From an uncultured Gemmatimonadales bacterium (GTDB lineage Bacteria > Gemmatimonadota > Gemmatimonadetes > Gemmatimonadales > GWC2-71-9), in assembly GCA_963730185.1 (NCBI GenBank), contig CAVSQW010000006.1:352001-416000 (forward strand): a stretch of 64,000 nucleotides of DNA, given 5' to 3'. Position numbers and translations under genes: made by a program. The notes under the pieces were generated by a model, which did no database searches, was not told the origin of the DNA, and saw nothing but the letters and a program-made list of their open reading frames with translations. The number at the start of each line of letters is the position of its first letter. The stretch's first letter is position 1. Below are positions 11,697 through 22,500 of this stretch, one piece after another.

Positions 11697-11968
11697 CCTC
11701 CGGCGATGGCGGGCACGAGGCTCAGCTCGTCGCCATCGGTCACGGGCGCGCCGGTCCCACCCAGGAACCGGACGTCCTCGTCGTTCAGGTAAATGGTGAC
11801 GAACGGGTTGCGATCGTCGGTGGCTTCGGTCAGACGCTGGCCCAGCTCGGGATGCCTGGCGCCGAGCTCGGCCAGCACGTCGCCGACGGTGCCGCCGGCG
11901 AGCGAGAGGGCTCGGACGCCGCCGGCATAGCGACTCAGGATGCTCGGGAGACGAACGGTCACGGCCAT
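11693..11968 (-). CDS. ubiquitin-like sulfur carrier protein (MoaD/ThiS/CysO family)
   Basis: 91 aa, IYLNDEDVRF (CysO-like), C-terminal PAIAGG. Confidence 0.92.
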   Translation of the reverse strand: MAVTVRLPSILSRYAGGVRALSLAGGTVGDVLAELGARHPELGQRLTEATDDRNPFVTIYLNDEDVRFLGGTGAPVTDGDELSLVPAIAGG

Positions 11969-11992
11969 GATGCGATTCCTTTCAAAGACAGG

Positions 11993-13240
11993 TCAGGCGG
12001 CGTCGACCAACGAGACGACCTCGCGGAGCCGCGGGTTGACGATGGGAAGGTCGGCGGCGGCGCCGGCGACCAGGTCCGGGGTCTTGAGACCATGAGCGGT
12101 GATGCAGAGCACCACCTCGTCGGCCGGGCCCAGCCGCTTCCGCTCGGCCAGGGCCAGGGCGGCGGCGGTGGTCACCCCGCCGGCCGACTCCGTGAAGATG
12201 CCGGTCGTCTCGGCCAGCACCCGGACACCGGCGACGATTTGGGGATCGGTCACGGCCGCGCCGCCACCCAACGAATCGCGGATGGCACGCACCGCCCGGG
12301 GGCCGTCGGCGGGGTTGCCGATCGCGAGCGACCGGGCCACGGTGTTCGGCGTGACCGGCACGATCCGGCCATCCTCTCGACCGAGGGCGTCGATGATCGG
12401 TGAGCATCCCGACGCCTGCGCCCCGAAGAGCCGCGGCGGCGGATCGTTCACCAGACCGTCGTGGATGAATTCCCGGAAGCCCTTGGCCAGCTTGGTCAGA
12501 AGCGACCCGCCCGCCATCGGCGCCACCACGGCCGTGGGCAGGCGCCAACCGAGCTGCTCGGCGATCTCGAACGCCACCGTCTTCGAGCCCTCGGCGTAGT
12601 AGGCCCGGAGATTCACGTTGGCGATCCCCCACGAGAACCGATCGGCCAGCTGCACGCAGAGCCGGTTTACGTCGTCGTAGGTACCGCGGACCCGGATCAC
12701 CCGAGCGCCGTGGATCGCGCTCGCCAGGATCTTGCCGGGCTCGAGATCTTCGGGAATCAGGATCCAGGCAGGCAGCCCGGCTCGGGCCGCCTGGGCGGCG
12801 ACCGCGTTGGCCAGGTTGCCGGTGGAAGCGCAGGCCAGGGTCTCGCAGCCGAGTCCGACGGCCGCGTTGATCGCGCTCGCCACCACCCGGTCCTTGAACG
12901 AAAGCGAGGGATGGGAGACGGTGTCGTTCTTGATCCAACAGCGCGCTACGCCGAGACGCTCGGCCAGCGCTGGCGCCTCGACCAGCGGCGTGAACCCGGT
13001 GTCGAACGAGTGGACCGGCGAGCCCGCGAACGGCAGCCATTCCCGATAGCGCCAGAGCGAGGGCCAGCGGGTGGCGATCTCGGCCCGGTCGGGGCGGGGT
13101 CGGTCACGGGGGTAGATCGGCTCGAGCGGCCCGAAGCACTCGCCGCAGATGGCCTGTGGGAGCGGTGGGTACTCGGTTCCGCAGTGGCCGCAACGGAGCG
13201 GCAGCGGCTCGGTGGTCGCCGGGAGCGACGCGACGGTCAT
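11993..13240 (-). CDS. thrC: threonine-synthase-family PLP enzyme (possibly O-phosphohomoserine sulfhydrylase)
   Basis: N-terminal CxxC...CxxC, PSLSFKDR PLP lysine, ASTGN, EGSKT, SLAIGNP, TAHGLK. Confidence 0.88.
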   Translation of the reverse strand: MTVASLPATTEPLPLRCGHCGTEYPPLPQAICGECFGPLEPIYPRDRPRPDRAEIATRWPSLWRYREWLPFAGSPVHSFDTGFTPLVEAPALAERLGVARCWIKNDTVSHPSLSFKDRVVASAINAAVGLGCETLACASTGNLANAVAAQAARAGLPAWILIPEDLEPGKILASAIHGARVIRVRGTYDDVNRLCVQLADRFSWGIANVNLRAYYAEGSKTVAFEIAEQLGWRLPTAVVAPMAGGSLLTKLAKGFREFIHDGLVNDPPPRLFGAQASGCSPIIDALGREDGRIVPVTPNTVARSLAIGNPADGPRAVRAIRDSLGGGAAVTDPQIVAGVRVLAETTGIFTESAGGVTTAAALALAERKRLGPADEVVLCITAHGLKTPDLVAGAAADLPIVNPRLREVVSLVDAA

Positions 13241-13291
13241 GGGGTCTTCTCTTTCCGCCGCGCGCTCGGATCATCCTGGGGCCCGAACGCG

Positions 13292-13324
13292 AAAAACGTC
13301 CGGTGCCAAGAAGACACGCAGACG
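13292..13324 (-). terminator. intrinsic terminator in the riboswitch expression platform
   Basis: CGUCUG(C)GUGUC-UUCUU-GGCACCGGACG followed by UUUUU; 11-bp stem. Confidence 0.65.
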
Positions 13325-13327
13325 CGT

Positions 13328-13379
13328 GGCTTTTTAGCGGTTGATTTACGTGGCCGCAATACGCCTCAAATCGCCACGA
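13328..13379 (-). ncRNA. SAM-II riboswitch aptamer
   Basis: UCGUGGC-GAUUUGA-GGCGUAUUGCG-GCCACG-UAAAUCAAC-CGCUAAAAAGCC; P1 CGUGGC/GCCACG, conserved GAUUU, UUGC and GCUAAA, pseudoknot GGC/GCC. Confidence 0.88.
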
Positions 13380-13398
13380 GCTTCAGTTGTCGGGACCC

Positions 13399-13427
13399 AA
13401 AGTATGGACCCGACCCGGAACACGCAA
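13399..13427 (-). promoter_or_regulatory. putative sigma70 promoter upstream of the SAM-II leader
   Basis: TTGCGT-17-TACTTT. Confidence 0.45.
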
Positions 13428-13502
13428 GGCCCGGCTCCCGATTGCTTGAGATCCGGCCGTCACCACGGCAGCTTATCGACGACGCCCCGTCCCCGAGTGC
13501 CC

Positions 13503-14384
13503 GTGCCCGAGCTGCCCGACATCGTCACCTACGTGGAAGCCCTCGGCGAGCGGATCGTCGGGGCGCGGCTCGAGGACGTCCGGCTCAAGAGTCCGTTCCT
13601 GCTCCGGAGCTTCGATCCGCCCCTCGCCGGGGCGAAGGGACGGGTGGTCCGGAAGATCGATCGGATCGGCAAGCGGATCGTCATCGGGTTCGAAGACGAG
13701 CTCTGGCTGGTGATTCACCTGATGATCGCCGGCCGCTTTCACTGGAAACGGCCGGCCGCCAAGCTCGGCTCGAAGATCAACCTGGCGGCCTTCGACTTCG
13801 CGGCGGGGACGCTGCTGCTCACCGAGGCCGGCTCCAAGAAGCGAGCCTCGCTCCACGTGGTCGGCGCTCGTGCCGAGCTGGAGCAGTTCCGCCGGGGCGG
13901 CATCGACGTGCGGAGCGCCACCGCGGCCCAGTTCGCCGAGCGGCTCCGGGTCGAGAATCACACGGTGAAACGATCGCTCACCGACCCGCGCTTCTTCGAC
14001 GGGATCGGCAACGCCTACTCCGACGAGATCCTCCACGCGGCGCGGCTCTCGCCGCTCAAGCTCACCAGCAAGCTCACCGACGACGAGATCGCCGCCCTCC
14101 GGACCGCCGCCGTCCGGACCCTCGACGCCTGGATCGTCCGGCTCCGCGAACAGCGATCCGGTGCCTTCCCCGAGAAGGTCACCGCCTTCCGCCCCGAGAT
14201 GGCGGTCCACGGCAGGTTCGGCCAGCCCTGCCCCGACTGCGGCGCCCCGGTGCAGCGGATTCGCTACGCGGACAACGAGACCAACTACTGCGCCCGCTGC
14301 CAGACCGGCGGGCGGCTCCTGGCGGACCGGGCGATGTCCCGCCTGCTCCGCGACGACTGGCCCCGGTCGCTCGATGAGCTCTGA
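13503..14384 (+). CDS. Fpg/Nei family DNA glycosylase
   Basis: N-terminal [26 protein letters not shown] (H2TH), zinc finger CPDC...CARC. Confidence 0.92.
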   Translation: MPELPDIVTYVEALGERIVGARLEDVRLKSPFLLRSFDPPLAGAKGRVVRKIDRIGKRIVIGFEDELWLVIHLMIAGRFHWKRPAAKLGSKINLAAFDFAAGTLLLTEAGSKKRASLHVVGARAELEQFRRGGIDVRSATAAQFAERLRVENHTVKRSLTDPRFFDGIGNAYSDEILHAARLSPLKLTSKLTDDEIAALRTAAVRTLDAWIVRLREQRSGAFPEKVTAFRPEMAVHGRFGQPCPDCGAPVQRIRYADNETNYCARCQTGGRLLADRAMSRLLRDDWPRSLDEL

Positions 14385-15087
14385 CCCCGCTCGCCGACCC
14401 CGCCACCCGGGCCGGGCCGAGGCGTCGGTGATCGATGCCAAGACGCCGGTCGAACCCGCCACCCTCCGACGGCTCGACCGCCGGAGTCTCGCGGTCGGGG
14501 CCCGCGCGCTCGCGGCTCGCGACCCGGATCTGGGGCGTCTGCTCCGCACCCATGGCACGCCGCCGCTGTGGGGTCGGCGCCCCGGCTTCCCGACCCTGAT
14601 CCGAATCATCATCGAGCAACAGGTCTCGCTGGCGGCGGCCCGGACCATGTACCGGCGGCTGACCGAGCGATTGGGCGGCATGGATCCGGAGCGGGTGGCG
14701 GCGGCCGGCAGCGACCGGCTCCGGTCCTGGGGGCTCACCCGTCAGAAGGCTGCCTATTGCCATGGCCTGGCGGAGCGGGTGCTCGGTGGCCTCGACCTCG
14801 GACGGGTGGCCCGGGCCGGCGACGCCGACGGTCGCGCGCTCCTGCTCGGGGTGCCGGGCCTCGGACCCTGGAGCGTCGATATCTACTTCCTGATGGCGCT
14901 TCGGCGGCCGGACGTCTGGCCGACCGGCGACCTGGCTCTCGCGCAAGCCTTGTTCGAGATCAAGGGGGGGCGACGGTTACCGTCGCGGGAGCGGCAGGCG
15001 GCCCTGGCCCGAGCGTGGGCGCCTTGGCGATCAGTGGCGGCCCGGCTCCTCTGGTGCCACTACCTAGCGACTCGCAGCCGTACCTGA
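14374..15087 (+). CDS. DNA-3-methyladenine glycosylase II (AlkA/HhH-GPD family)
   Basis: [35 protein letters not shown]; start may be the GTG at 14428. Confidence 0.88.
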   Translation: MSSDPARRPRHPGRAEASVIDAKTPVEPATLRRLDRRSLAVGARALAARDPDLGRLLRTHGTPPLWGRRPGFPTLIRIIIEQQVSLAAARTMYRRLTERLGGMDPERVAAAGSDRLRSWGLTRQKAAYCHGLAERVLGGLDLGRVARAGDADGRALLLGVPGLGPWSVDIYFLMALRRPDVWPTGDLALAQALFEIKGGRRLPSRERQAALARAWAPWRSVAARLLWCHYLATRSRT

Positions 15088-15104
15088 GTGGCAAAATCGA
15101 CGCC

Positions 15105-16217
15105 TCAGGCTGCGCCGGAGAGCGCCTCGTCCTCGATCGTCAGCCCGTCACCCAGCCGCTTGAGCATCCGCCAGTGCGATCGAATCGCGCTCCAGAGGGT
15201 CAGGTGCTCGTGGTACGGCATGCCGTGGGTCTCGGCGATCGAGCGGACGATCTCCGAGATGGCGGGATAGTGGATGCTGCAGACCTTGGGAAAGAGATGA
15301 TGCTCCACCTGGTAGTTCAGGCCGCCGACATACCACGTCAGCAGCCGATTCCGACGGGCGAAGTTCGCCGTGGTCTCCATCTCGTGCACCAGCCAGGCCT
15401 GCTCCATCGTGCCGGCCGGATCGGGCACCGGAAAGGCCGTCTCCTCGACCACGTGCGCCAGTTGGAATACCACCCCGAGAATCACCCCCGCCGTCAGATG
15501 CATCGCCACCCAGCCCAACGTCACCTGCCACCAGGGCAGGTCGAGCACCAGGATCGGGACGACCAGCGACCACGCGTAGTAGAAAACCTTGGTTCCCAGC
15601 ATGAACACGACGTGCTTGAGCGGCGGGCGGCGGCTGCCGGTCGGGCACCCCTTCCGGGAGAAGAAGTAGACGTAGTCCTTGGCCAGCACCCAGGAGAGCG
15701 TGGCCAGGCTGTAGGCGCCAAGCGCGTACCAGGCCTGCCAGCGGTGGATCGGCCGGTAGGGAGACCGGGGCGAGAGCCTGAGGTACGGCGAGACCTCGAG
15801 GTCGCCGTCAACGCCCTGGATGTTGGTGTAGGTATGGTGGAGAACGTTATGCGTCGTCTTCCACATGTACCCGTTGGCGCCGAGCACGTCGAAGGAATAC
15901 CCCAGCAGCCGGTTGATCCAGGGCGACTCCGCGTAGGCTCCATGTAAGGCGTCGTGCGCGACCGCGAAGCCGATGCCCGCGGCGCCGACACCCATCGTCA
16001 TGGCAAGGAGCAACATCACCAGGGGCGAGAATCCTCCCAACAGGATCGCCGCGTACGACCCGAAGCAGAGGACGAACAGCGTCAGGGTCTTGGCCACCAT
16101 CCGCCAGTCGCCTTTGGTGCGGCCGCCGCGGGCCTCGAAATAGGCCGCGACTTCTGCCTTGATCTCGGCAATGAACTGAGCCGGGTTGCGATTGGGAAAG
16201 CGAACCTTCGTCGTCAT
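15105..16217 (-). CDS. fatty acid (acyl-CoA/lipid) desaturase
   Basis: His boxes HDALH, HNVLHH, QVEHH. Confidence 0.92.
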   Translation of the reverse strand: MTTKVRFPNRNPAQFIAEIKAEVAAYFEARGGRTKGDWRMVAKTLTLFVLCFGSYAAILLGGFSPLVMLLLAMTMGVGAAGIGFAVAHDALHGAYAESPWINRLLGYSFDVLGANGYMWKTTHNVLHHTYTNIQGVDGDLEVSPYLRLSPRSPYRPIHRWQAWYALGAYSLATLSWVLAKDYVYFFSRKGCPTGSRRPPLKHVVFMLGTKVFYYAWSLVVPILVLDLPWWQVTLGWVAMHLTAGVILGVVFQLAHVVEETAFPVPDPAGTMEQAWLVHEMETTANFARRNRLLTWYVGGLNYQVEHHLFPKVCSIHYPAISEIVRSIAETHGMPYHEHLTLWSAIRSHWRMLKRLGDGLTIEDEALSGAA

Positions 16218-16429
16218 GCACACGCTCCAGACGAAGAACACCGGCCTCCGAAGAGGCCCAACGCCTGCGTGAAGGGGATCTAGGCATCAGGGAGTTCTGC
16301 GATGCTCAAAGGTAACACCGCGCCCGCCCCGGACCCTGACCGGCTTCCCGAAGCGAGCCCGCATTCATCGTGCCGTCATGGGTGAAGGGGTGTTCAGTCT
16401 GGGCCGGCCGACTTCCGGACCGACCATCC

Positions 16430-16650
16430 GGCGCCGCGGTCAACCGCACGATCGAGACCCGGACCGGACGTCAGGTGTCCCTCGGCGCCATCTACACTGG
16501 CCTGGACCGCCTCGAGACTCGGCGGTTCGTGAAGTCTCGAATCGGCGAGCCAACCCCCGAACGGGGCGGTCGACGGAAGAAGCTTTGCCGAGTCACCCCG
16601 GCCGGAGCCCGGGCACTCCGCCGGTCGGTCGACGTTTTGCGGCCGCTCCC
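16430..16650 (+). pseudogene. PadR-family regulator remnant lacking its N-terminus
   Basis: IETRTGRQVSLGAIYTGLDRLE...GEPTPERGGRRKK...TPAGARAL; no upstream PadR helix 1 and no own stop. Confidence 0.7.
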
Positions 16651-16686
16651 ACCCGGAGGGCGCGTGAGCGGGCTCGTTCGGAACAC

Positions 16687-17505
16687 CTACCGCGGCCCGA
16701 GTCCGATCTCGGCGCCCACGGCGAGGTGCCTCAGCTGGCGGGTGGTGGTGGAGGCGAACGGCTCGGCGGTCGGCCGCCCGGGCGCGTAGTGATAGCGCAC
16801 CGTCGCGAACACCCGCCAGGCTCCACCCGGATCTCCCACCGCGACGCCCACCGCGCCGGCCACGCCCACGTAGTGATCGGTGAGTGTCTCCTCCGAGTAG
16901 GTGCACTCGGGGACGCCGGGCGCGCAGTGTCCCACGATTGCCGGGTGCCGCCAGCCGTACCGGCCGACGCCGAGCTCCAAGAAGGGACGGATCGCGCCCC
17001 GGGCCGGGTCGATCCGGCCCGCCAGCCCCACGCTCGAAACCCGCCAGCCGCCGCCCGACAGCCACTCCGCCGAGGGGCCGACCAGCAACCCGCCCCGCCG
17101 GAGTCCGACCAGCATCCGGCCGCCGTACATGGTCTGGTCCAGCGAGTTCCATTCGCCCCGGGCTGCCGATCCATCCACCAGCGCGGCGAGGTGAAACCGC
17201 CCGTCCGATTCTGAGGCCCGGCTGGTGGGATCGGCCGGGAACAAGGCGCCAAACGCGGCCCCCAACCCTGCCCCCGCGAATCCACCCAGCACCGCGCCGG
17301 TCACCGCGCCGTCGACCCACTCGAGCGAGCAGTCCGCCGCGTCGCAGAGACCCTGGGCGAGGACGGCCCCGACCCCACCCGTGACCGTCGCGCCGATCAC
17401 CCCACCCACCAGGGCCCCCGATCGGGCCCGGGTCTGCGCCGCGGCCGGGACCGCCGTGGCGGTGGCCCACGCCATCAGCGCCAGCACCGTTCGTCGTCGC
17501 CTCAT
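16687..17505 (-). CDS. exported hypothetical protein (glycine-zipper N-terminus, possible OM beta-barrel C-terminus)
   Basis: signal peptide ending AAAQ; GGVIGATVTGGVG repeats; RPFLELGVG strand pattern. Confidence 0.65.
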   Translation of the reverse strand: MRRRRTVLALMAWATATAVPAAAQTRARSGALVGGVIGATVTGGVGAVLAQGLCDAADCSLEWVDGAVTGAVLGGFAGAGLGAAFGALFPADPTSRASESDGRFHLAALVDGSAARGEWNSLDQTMYGGRMLVGLRRGGLLVGPSAEWLSGGGWRVSSVGLAGRIDPARGAIRPFLELGVGRYGWRHPAIVGHCAPGVPECTYSEETLTDHYVGVAGAVGVAVGDPGGAWRVFATVRYHYAPGRPTAEPFASTTTRQLRHLAVGAEIGLGPR

Positions 17506-17609
17506 CGCTCGCCCCTTCAGAAGACGAGCGAAAGATCGACCCGTCCCGTGACCGAGGCGTGACCCGGGACTCGGCCTGAACCAATCCACACGCCGGCTGC
17601 ACCGCGGCT

Positions 17610-18650
17610 TCAGAACGTCCCGGCGTTCACGTCCCGGACGAACTTGATCACCCCGTCGAACCAGGTCTGCTGGTCGTCGTAGAGCGCCAGGTGACTGCCC
17701 TTCGGACAGTAGAGGTAACGTCCCTTGGGGAACTGCCCCGCCATCCACTCCATGTGCTTCGGATCCATGGTGTCGTATCGAGCCCCGATCACCAGCGTGG
17801 GCACCGTGATCTGGGACAGGTCCTTGGTCCGATCCCAATGCACCAGCTTCCCGCTGGCGCCGAGCTCGCTCGGCCCCTGCATCGGGATGTAGACGGCCGG
17901 GTTCATGTGCTTGAACGCCCGATTCACCGGATCGGGCCACTGACTTGCAGGCATCCGGAGCAGGTGGAGCTCGTAGTGATTGGGAATCAGCAGCTCCATG
18001 TAGCGCGGATTGTCGTAGTCCTTCTTGGCCTCGAGCGCCTTGATCTCCGCCAGCACCTTCGGATCCATCGCTGGCATGAGGACCTTCTCGGCGTAATCGA
18101 CGTAGGCCGGGATGCTGGCCATCATGTTCGAGATGATCAGGCCCTTCAGGTGCTGCTGGTACTTGAGGGCGTATTCGATCGCCAGCAGGCCGCCCCACGA
18201 CTGCCCCAGGAGATAGAAGTTGTCGGGCCCGAGGCCGAGCGCGGTGCGGACCTGCTCCACCTCGTCGACGAACCGGTCCAGATTCACCAGTGAGGTGTCG
18301 GTCGGCTGATCGCTGTAGTAGGAGCCCAGCTGATCGTAGTAGTAGTACTCGATCCCCGCGCCCGGAAAGTAGCTGTCGACCGCCTCGAAGTACTCGTGGG
18401 TGAGCCCCGGCCCGCCGTGAAGGAGCAGCACCTTGATCTTCGGATTGTTGCCGATCCGCTTGGTCCAGACCCTGAAGGTGCCCTTGGGGGTGGTGATCGG
18501 GATCATCTTGACGCCGCCCGAGAGGACATCGTCGTGACCGGTGTTGTCGTAGTAGCTGCTCGGCGGGATGGAACTGGCGGCCGGAGTGCCGGGCTGGGCG
18601 CAGGCGAGCGCCGCGAGCGACGCCGCGGCCAAGGCGATGGTGGTCCTCAT
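17610..18650 (-). CDS. proline iminopeptidase-family hydrolase (S33), lipoprotein
   Basis: LHGGPG, YDQLGS, GQSWGG, GSHL; lipobox ALAC. Confidence 0.92.
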   Translation of the reverse strand: MRTTIALAAASLAALACAQPGTPAASSIPPSSYYDNTGHDDVLSGGVKMIPITTPKGTFRVWTKRIGNNPKIKVLLLHGGPGLTHEYFEAVDSYFPGAGIEYYYYDQLGSYYSDQPTDTSLVNLDRFVDEVEQVRTALGLGPDNFYLLGQSWGGLLAIEYALKYQQHLKGLIISNMMASIPAYVDYAEKVLMPAMDPKVLAEIKALEAKKDYDNPRYMELLIPNHYELHLLRMPASQWPDPVNRAFKHMNPAVYIPMQGPSELGASGKLVHWDRTKDLSQITVPTLVIGARYDTMDPKHMEWMAGQFPKGRYLYCPKGSHLALYDDQQTWFDGVIKFVRDVNAGTF

Positions 18651-18841
18651 GAAACGGGCTCCGGAGGGTGAGGAGGTGACTGGACTGGCTCGAGGAATGT
18701 ACCTCGCGCGGTTCCGTTCCGGAGCGCCGGTTGCCGTGCCGGGGGCGGCCGGTAACTTCCCGGCGTCGGGACAGCGTCCCCGGACACGCGACGCCCGCGC
18801 GTCTGGTCGTCGCGCCGTTCCATTCGAGCCGGGAGACCGCC

Positions 18842-19351
18842 GTGGACCGCGATCGTGAGCTCCTCCTCCACTTTCTCGCTGCCATCGCCTACCGGGCCCA
18901 GAAGGCCCTCCGTGGGGCGCCCCCGCACTACCCCGAGTTCGGCACGGGCCTCCAGGCACGGACCCCGGTCGCCATCCTCCGCCACATGACCAGTCTGATG
19001 GGGTTCACCCAGACGCTCTTTCTGGGGGGATCCTATCCGATGCAGCCGGATCCGCTGCCGACCTTCGCCGACGAGATCGATCGCTTCCATCGGACGCTGA
19101 GCGGCGTGGCCGACCTCCTTCGCGCGGGCACCCCGCTCCGCGAGATCTCCACCGAGCAGCTGCTCCAGGGCCCGCTCGCCGACACGATGACCCACGTCGG
19201 CCAGCTGGCGATGCTCCGCCGACTGGCCGGAAGCCCGGTCCCACCGGAGAACTTCATTTACGCCGAGGTGCGCGCCGACCGGTTGGGATCGGATCAAGCC
19301 CAGCCGGCTCGCCCCGACCGCCAATGGCCCGAGCGGCCCGGCGGCGCCTAG
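18842..19351 (+). CDS. DinB-like four-helix hypothetical protein
   Basis: ILRHM...LLQGPLADTMTHVGQLAMLRRLAGSP. Confidence 0.75.
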   Translation: MDRDRELLLHFLAAIAYRAQKALRGAPPHYPEFGTGLQARTPVAILRHMTSLMGFTQTLFLGGSYPMQPDPLPTFADEIDRFHRTLSGVADLLRAGTPLREISTEQLLQGPLADTMTHVGQLAMLRRLAGSPVPPENFIYAEVRADRLGSDQAQPARPDRQWPERPGGA

Positions 19352-19502
19352 GTTTGGCGGCAGCTCGTCGACACCCGGGGCGGTGACCAAGGCGCTCGTG
19401 TCCCCCTGACCGCACCCCCGCCGTCTTGAGGTTCGGGCGCCCCGCGCCCACGACGGGCAATTTTTGGATACAATTAGGCACCTTTTTCGATCGGGTTGCC
19501 CG

Positions 19503-22500
19503 ATGTCCATCCTTCCGAGAGTCGCCGGCCGCACCCTGACCCTGGCCCTCCTTGCCACGGCCACCACCGGCCATCTCGCCGCTCAGCCCAGCACGACCGA
19601 CACCCGGCTGCTCTCCGAGCCCGCCATCAGCGCGGCCCAGATCGCCTTTGCCTATGCCGGTGACCTCTGGACCGCTCGCCAGGATGGGAGCGACGTCCGC
19701 CGGCTCACCAGCGCCCAGGGCGACGAGCAGCATCCGGTCTACTCGCCCGATGGAGCATGGATCGCCTTTGCCGGCAACTACGACGGCAACGTGGACGTCT
19801 ATCTGATTCCCGCGGCCGGCGGCGAGCCCCGGCGGCTCACCTGGCACCCGGGCCCCGACATTCCGCAGTCGTTCACGGCCGACGGCAAGGCGGTGCTCTT
19901 CACCTCCAATCGGAACGACTTCTCGGGCCGGTACACCCAGCTCTGGTCGGTGCCGGTCGGCGGCGGACCCGCGACCGAGCTGCCCATTCCGAACGCCGCC
20001 GAGGCGACCGTGTCGCCCGACGGCCGGCACATCGCCTACAACCCGATCGGCCGGGCGTTCGAGCAGTGGAAGGGCTATCGGGGCGGGCAGGCGTCGGAGC
20101 TCTGGCTGATCGACACCTCGACCTGGGACGTGGAGAAGATTCCGCAACCCGAGGGCCGGTGCAATGACGTCGACGCCGTCTGGCTCGATCCCAATACGGT
20201 CTGGTTCCGGTCCGATCGCGATGGCGAGTTCAACCTCTATCGCTACGATCGCACCACCAAGAAGGTCAGCCGGGTCACCAACCACACCGACTTCCCGATT
20301 CAGAACGTGGCCGGCGGTGGCGGCAAGATCCTCTACGAGCAGGCCGGCTGGCTCCACCTGTTCGATCCGGCCTCGTCGCAGTCGAAGCGCCTGGTGATCG
20401 GCGTCGCGGCGGACCTCACCCAGATTCGGCCCCACTGGGTCAAGGGCGCCCAGTACGTCCGGAACTTCTCGCTCTCACCGTCGGCGGCACGGGTGGCGGT
20501 CGAGACCCGGGGCGAGATCGTGACCGTCCCGGCCGAGAAGGGCGACCCCCGGAACCTCACCAAGACCACCGGCGCCCACGAGCGGGAGCCGGCCTGGTCG
20601 CCGGACGGAACCCAGATCGCGTACCTCTCCGACGAAGGCGGGGAGTACCGCCTCCACCTGGCGCCACAGGACGGGCAAGGCGCCCACCGGGTCATTCCGC
20701 TCGGCGGGGCCGGCTTCTACTTCGGGCTCCAGTGGTCGCCCGACGGGAAGAAGATCGCCTACTGGGACAACTCCCAGACCATCTTCATCCTCGACGTGGC
20801 GTCGGGCCAGCCGACCAAGGTGGCCGCGAACGCGATTTACACGCCGGCCGAGGGCATCACCTACGCCTGGTCGCCGGACTCGAAGTGGCTGGCCTACACC
20901 GTGCTGGACCATCCGCTCAACCGGGTGCTCTACCTCTATGACGTGGCGGCCGCCAAGTCGACGGCCGTGACCGACGGGCTCTCCGAGGTCGCCGACCCGA
21001 CCTTCGACCAGAGCGGCAAGTACCTCTATGTGCTGGCGTCGACCGACGGGGGACCGCAGCTCGACTGGTTCGCGCAGAGCGGCGACGGCCTGACCCGGAG
21101 CCGCGGCATCTACGCGATCGCGCTCGCCAAGAGCGCGCCCAATCCGTTCGCGCCCCAGAGCGACGAGGAGAAGCCAGCGACTCCGCCCGACACCACCAAG
21201 AAAGCGGCCGGGTCCGGCGCCGCGACCACGACGGTGGACTTCGCCGGAATCACCCAGCGGATCGTGGCCTTCCCGATCGGCGAGGCGGACATCACCCAGC
21301 TCGAGGCGGGCGACGCCAATCAGATCTATTACCTCCGTCGCGCCGACGCCAAGGGGGCCATCCACCGCTACGACCTGAGCAAGCGGAAGGACGAGGTCCT
21401 GATCACCCCGGCCGACGGTTTCGGCCTGAGCCGGGACGGCAAGAAGCTCTTCTACAAGCAGGGTCCGGGATATTTCCTGACCTCGACCGCGCAGCCTCAG
21501 CCGGGTCAGGGGAAGGTCAACCTCGACGCCATCGATCTCTACGTCGACCCGCCGGCCGAGTGGGCTCAGGAGCTCGACGAGGCCTGGCGAATCAACCGGG
21601 ACTACTTCTACGCCACCAACTACCACGGCGTGAACTGGCCCGCTCAGCGGACGAAGTACGCAGCCCTGGTGGCGCAGTCGCCGACCCGCGAGGACACCTA
21701 CAAGATCATCAGCTGGCTCCTCTCGGAGCTCCGGGTCGGCCACAGCTTCACCTTCGCCGGCCCAGGCCCCGACCAGCCCAAGACCGTGCCCGGCGGCCTG
21801 CTGGGGGCCGACTACGAGGTGGCCAACGGCCGCTATCGGATCGCCAAGGTGTACGGTGGGCTCAACTGGAACCCCGGTCTTCGGTCGCCCTTGGCCGAGC
21901 CGGGCGTCGACGTCCGGACCGGTGAGTACCTGCTCGCGGTGAACGGGGTCGATCTCCGGCCACCCACCAACGTCTACGCGCCCTTCGAGAACACGGCCGG
22001 GAAGACGGTGGAGCTCACCGTCGGCGCCGACCCGAGCGGCGCCGGGTCGCGGACGGTCACGGTGGTCCCGATCCCCAACGAGTTCGCCCTCCGCCACCGG
22101 GCCTGGATCGAGGGCAATCTCCAGAAGGTCGACTCGGCCACCGGCGGACGGGTGGCCTATGTGTACGTGCCGAACACCGCCGGCTCGGGGTACGAGTCGT
22201 TCCGGCGCTACTTCTATCCCCAGGCCCACAAGGACGCCCTCATCGTCGACGAGCGGTTCAACGGCGGCGGGCAGCTGGCCGACTACTACATCGACATCAT
22301 GAAGCGGCAGACCCTGAGTTACTGGGCCACCCGCTACGGCCACGACTTGAGAACGCCGGCCGGGTCGATCCCGGGACCCAAGGCCCTGCTCATCAACCAG
22401 ACCGCGGGCTCGGGCGGCGACTACTTCCCCTGGATGTTCCACCACGAGAAGATCGGCCCGCTGATCGGCAAGCGGACCTGGGGTGGGCTGGTCGGCATTC

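Noticed and set aside
10533..11968. Molybdopterin or thiamine biosynthesis role for moeB and the moaD-like gene
   Set aside because: No moaE/moeA/thiG nearby; the SAM riboswitch and PLP enzyme point to sulfur amino-acid synthesis (a shared MoeZ role is not excluded)
13341..13502. N-terminal extensions in the ORF track (fpg, bcrC, pip, permease)
   Set aside because: Family N-termini and RBS positions support the shorter starts
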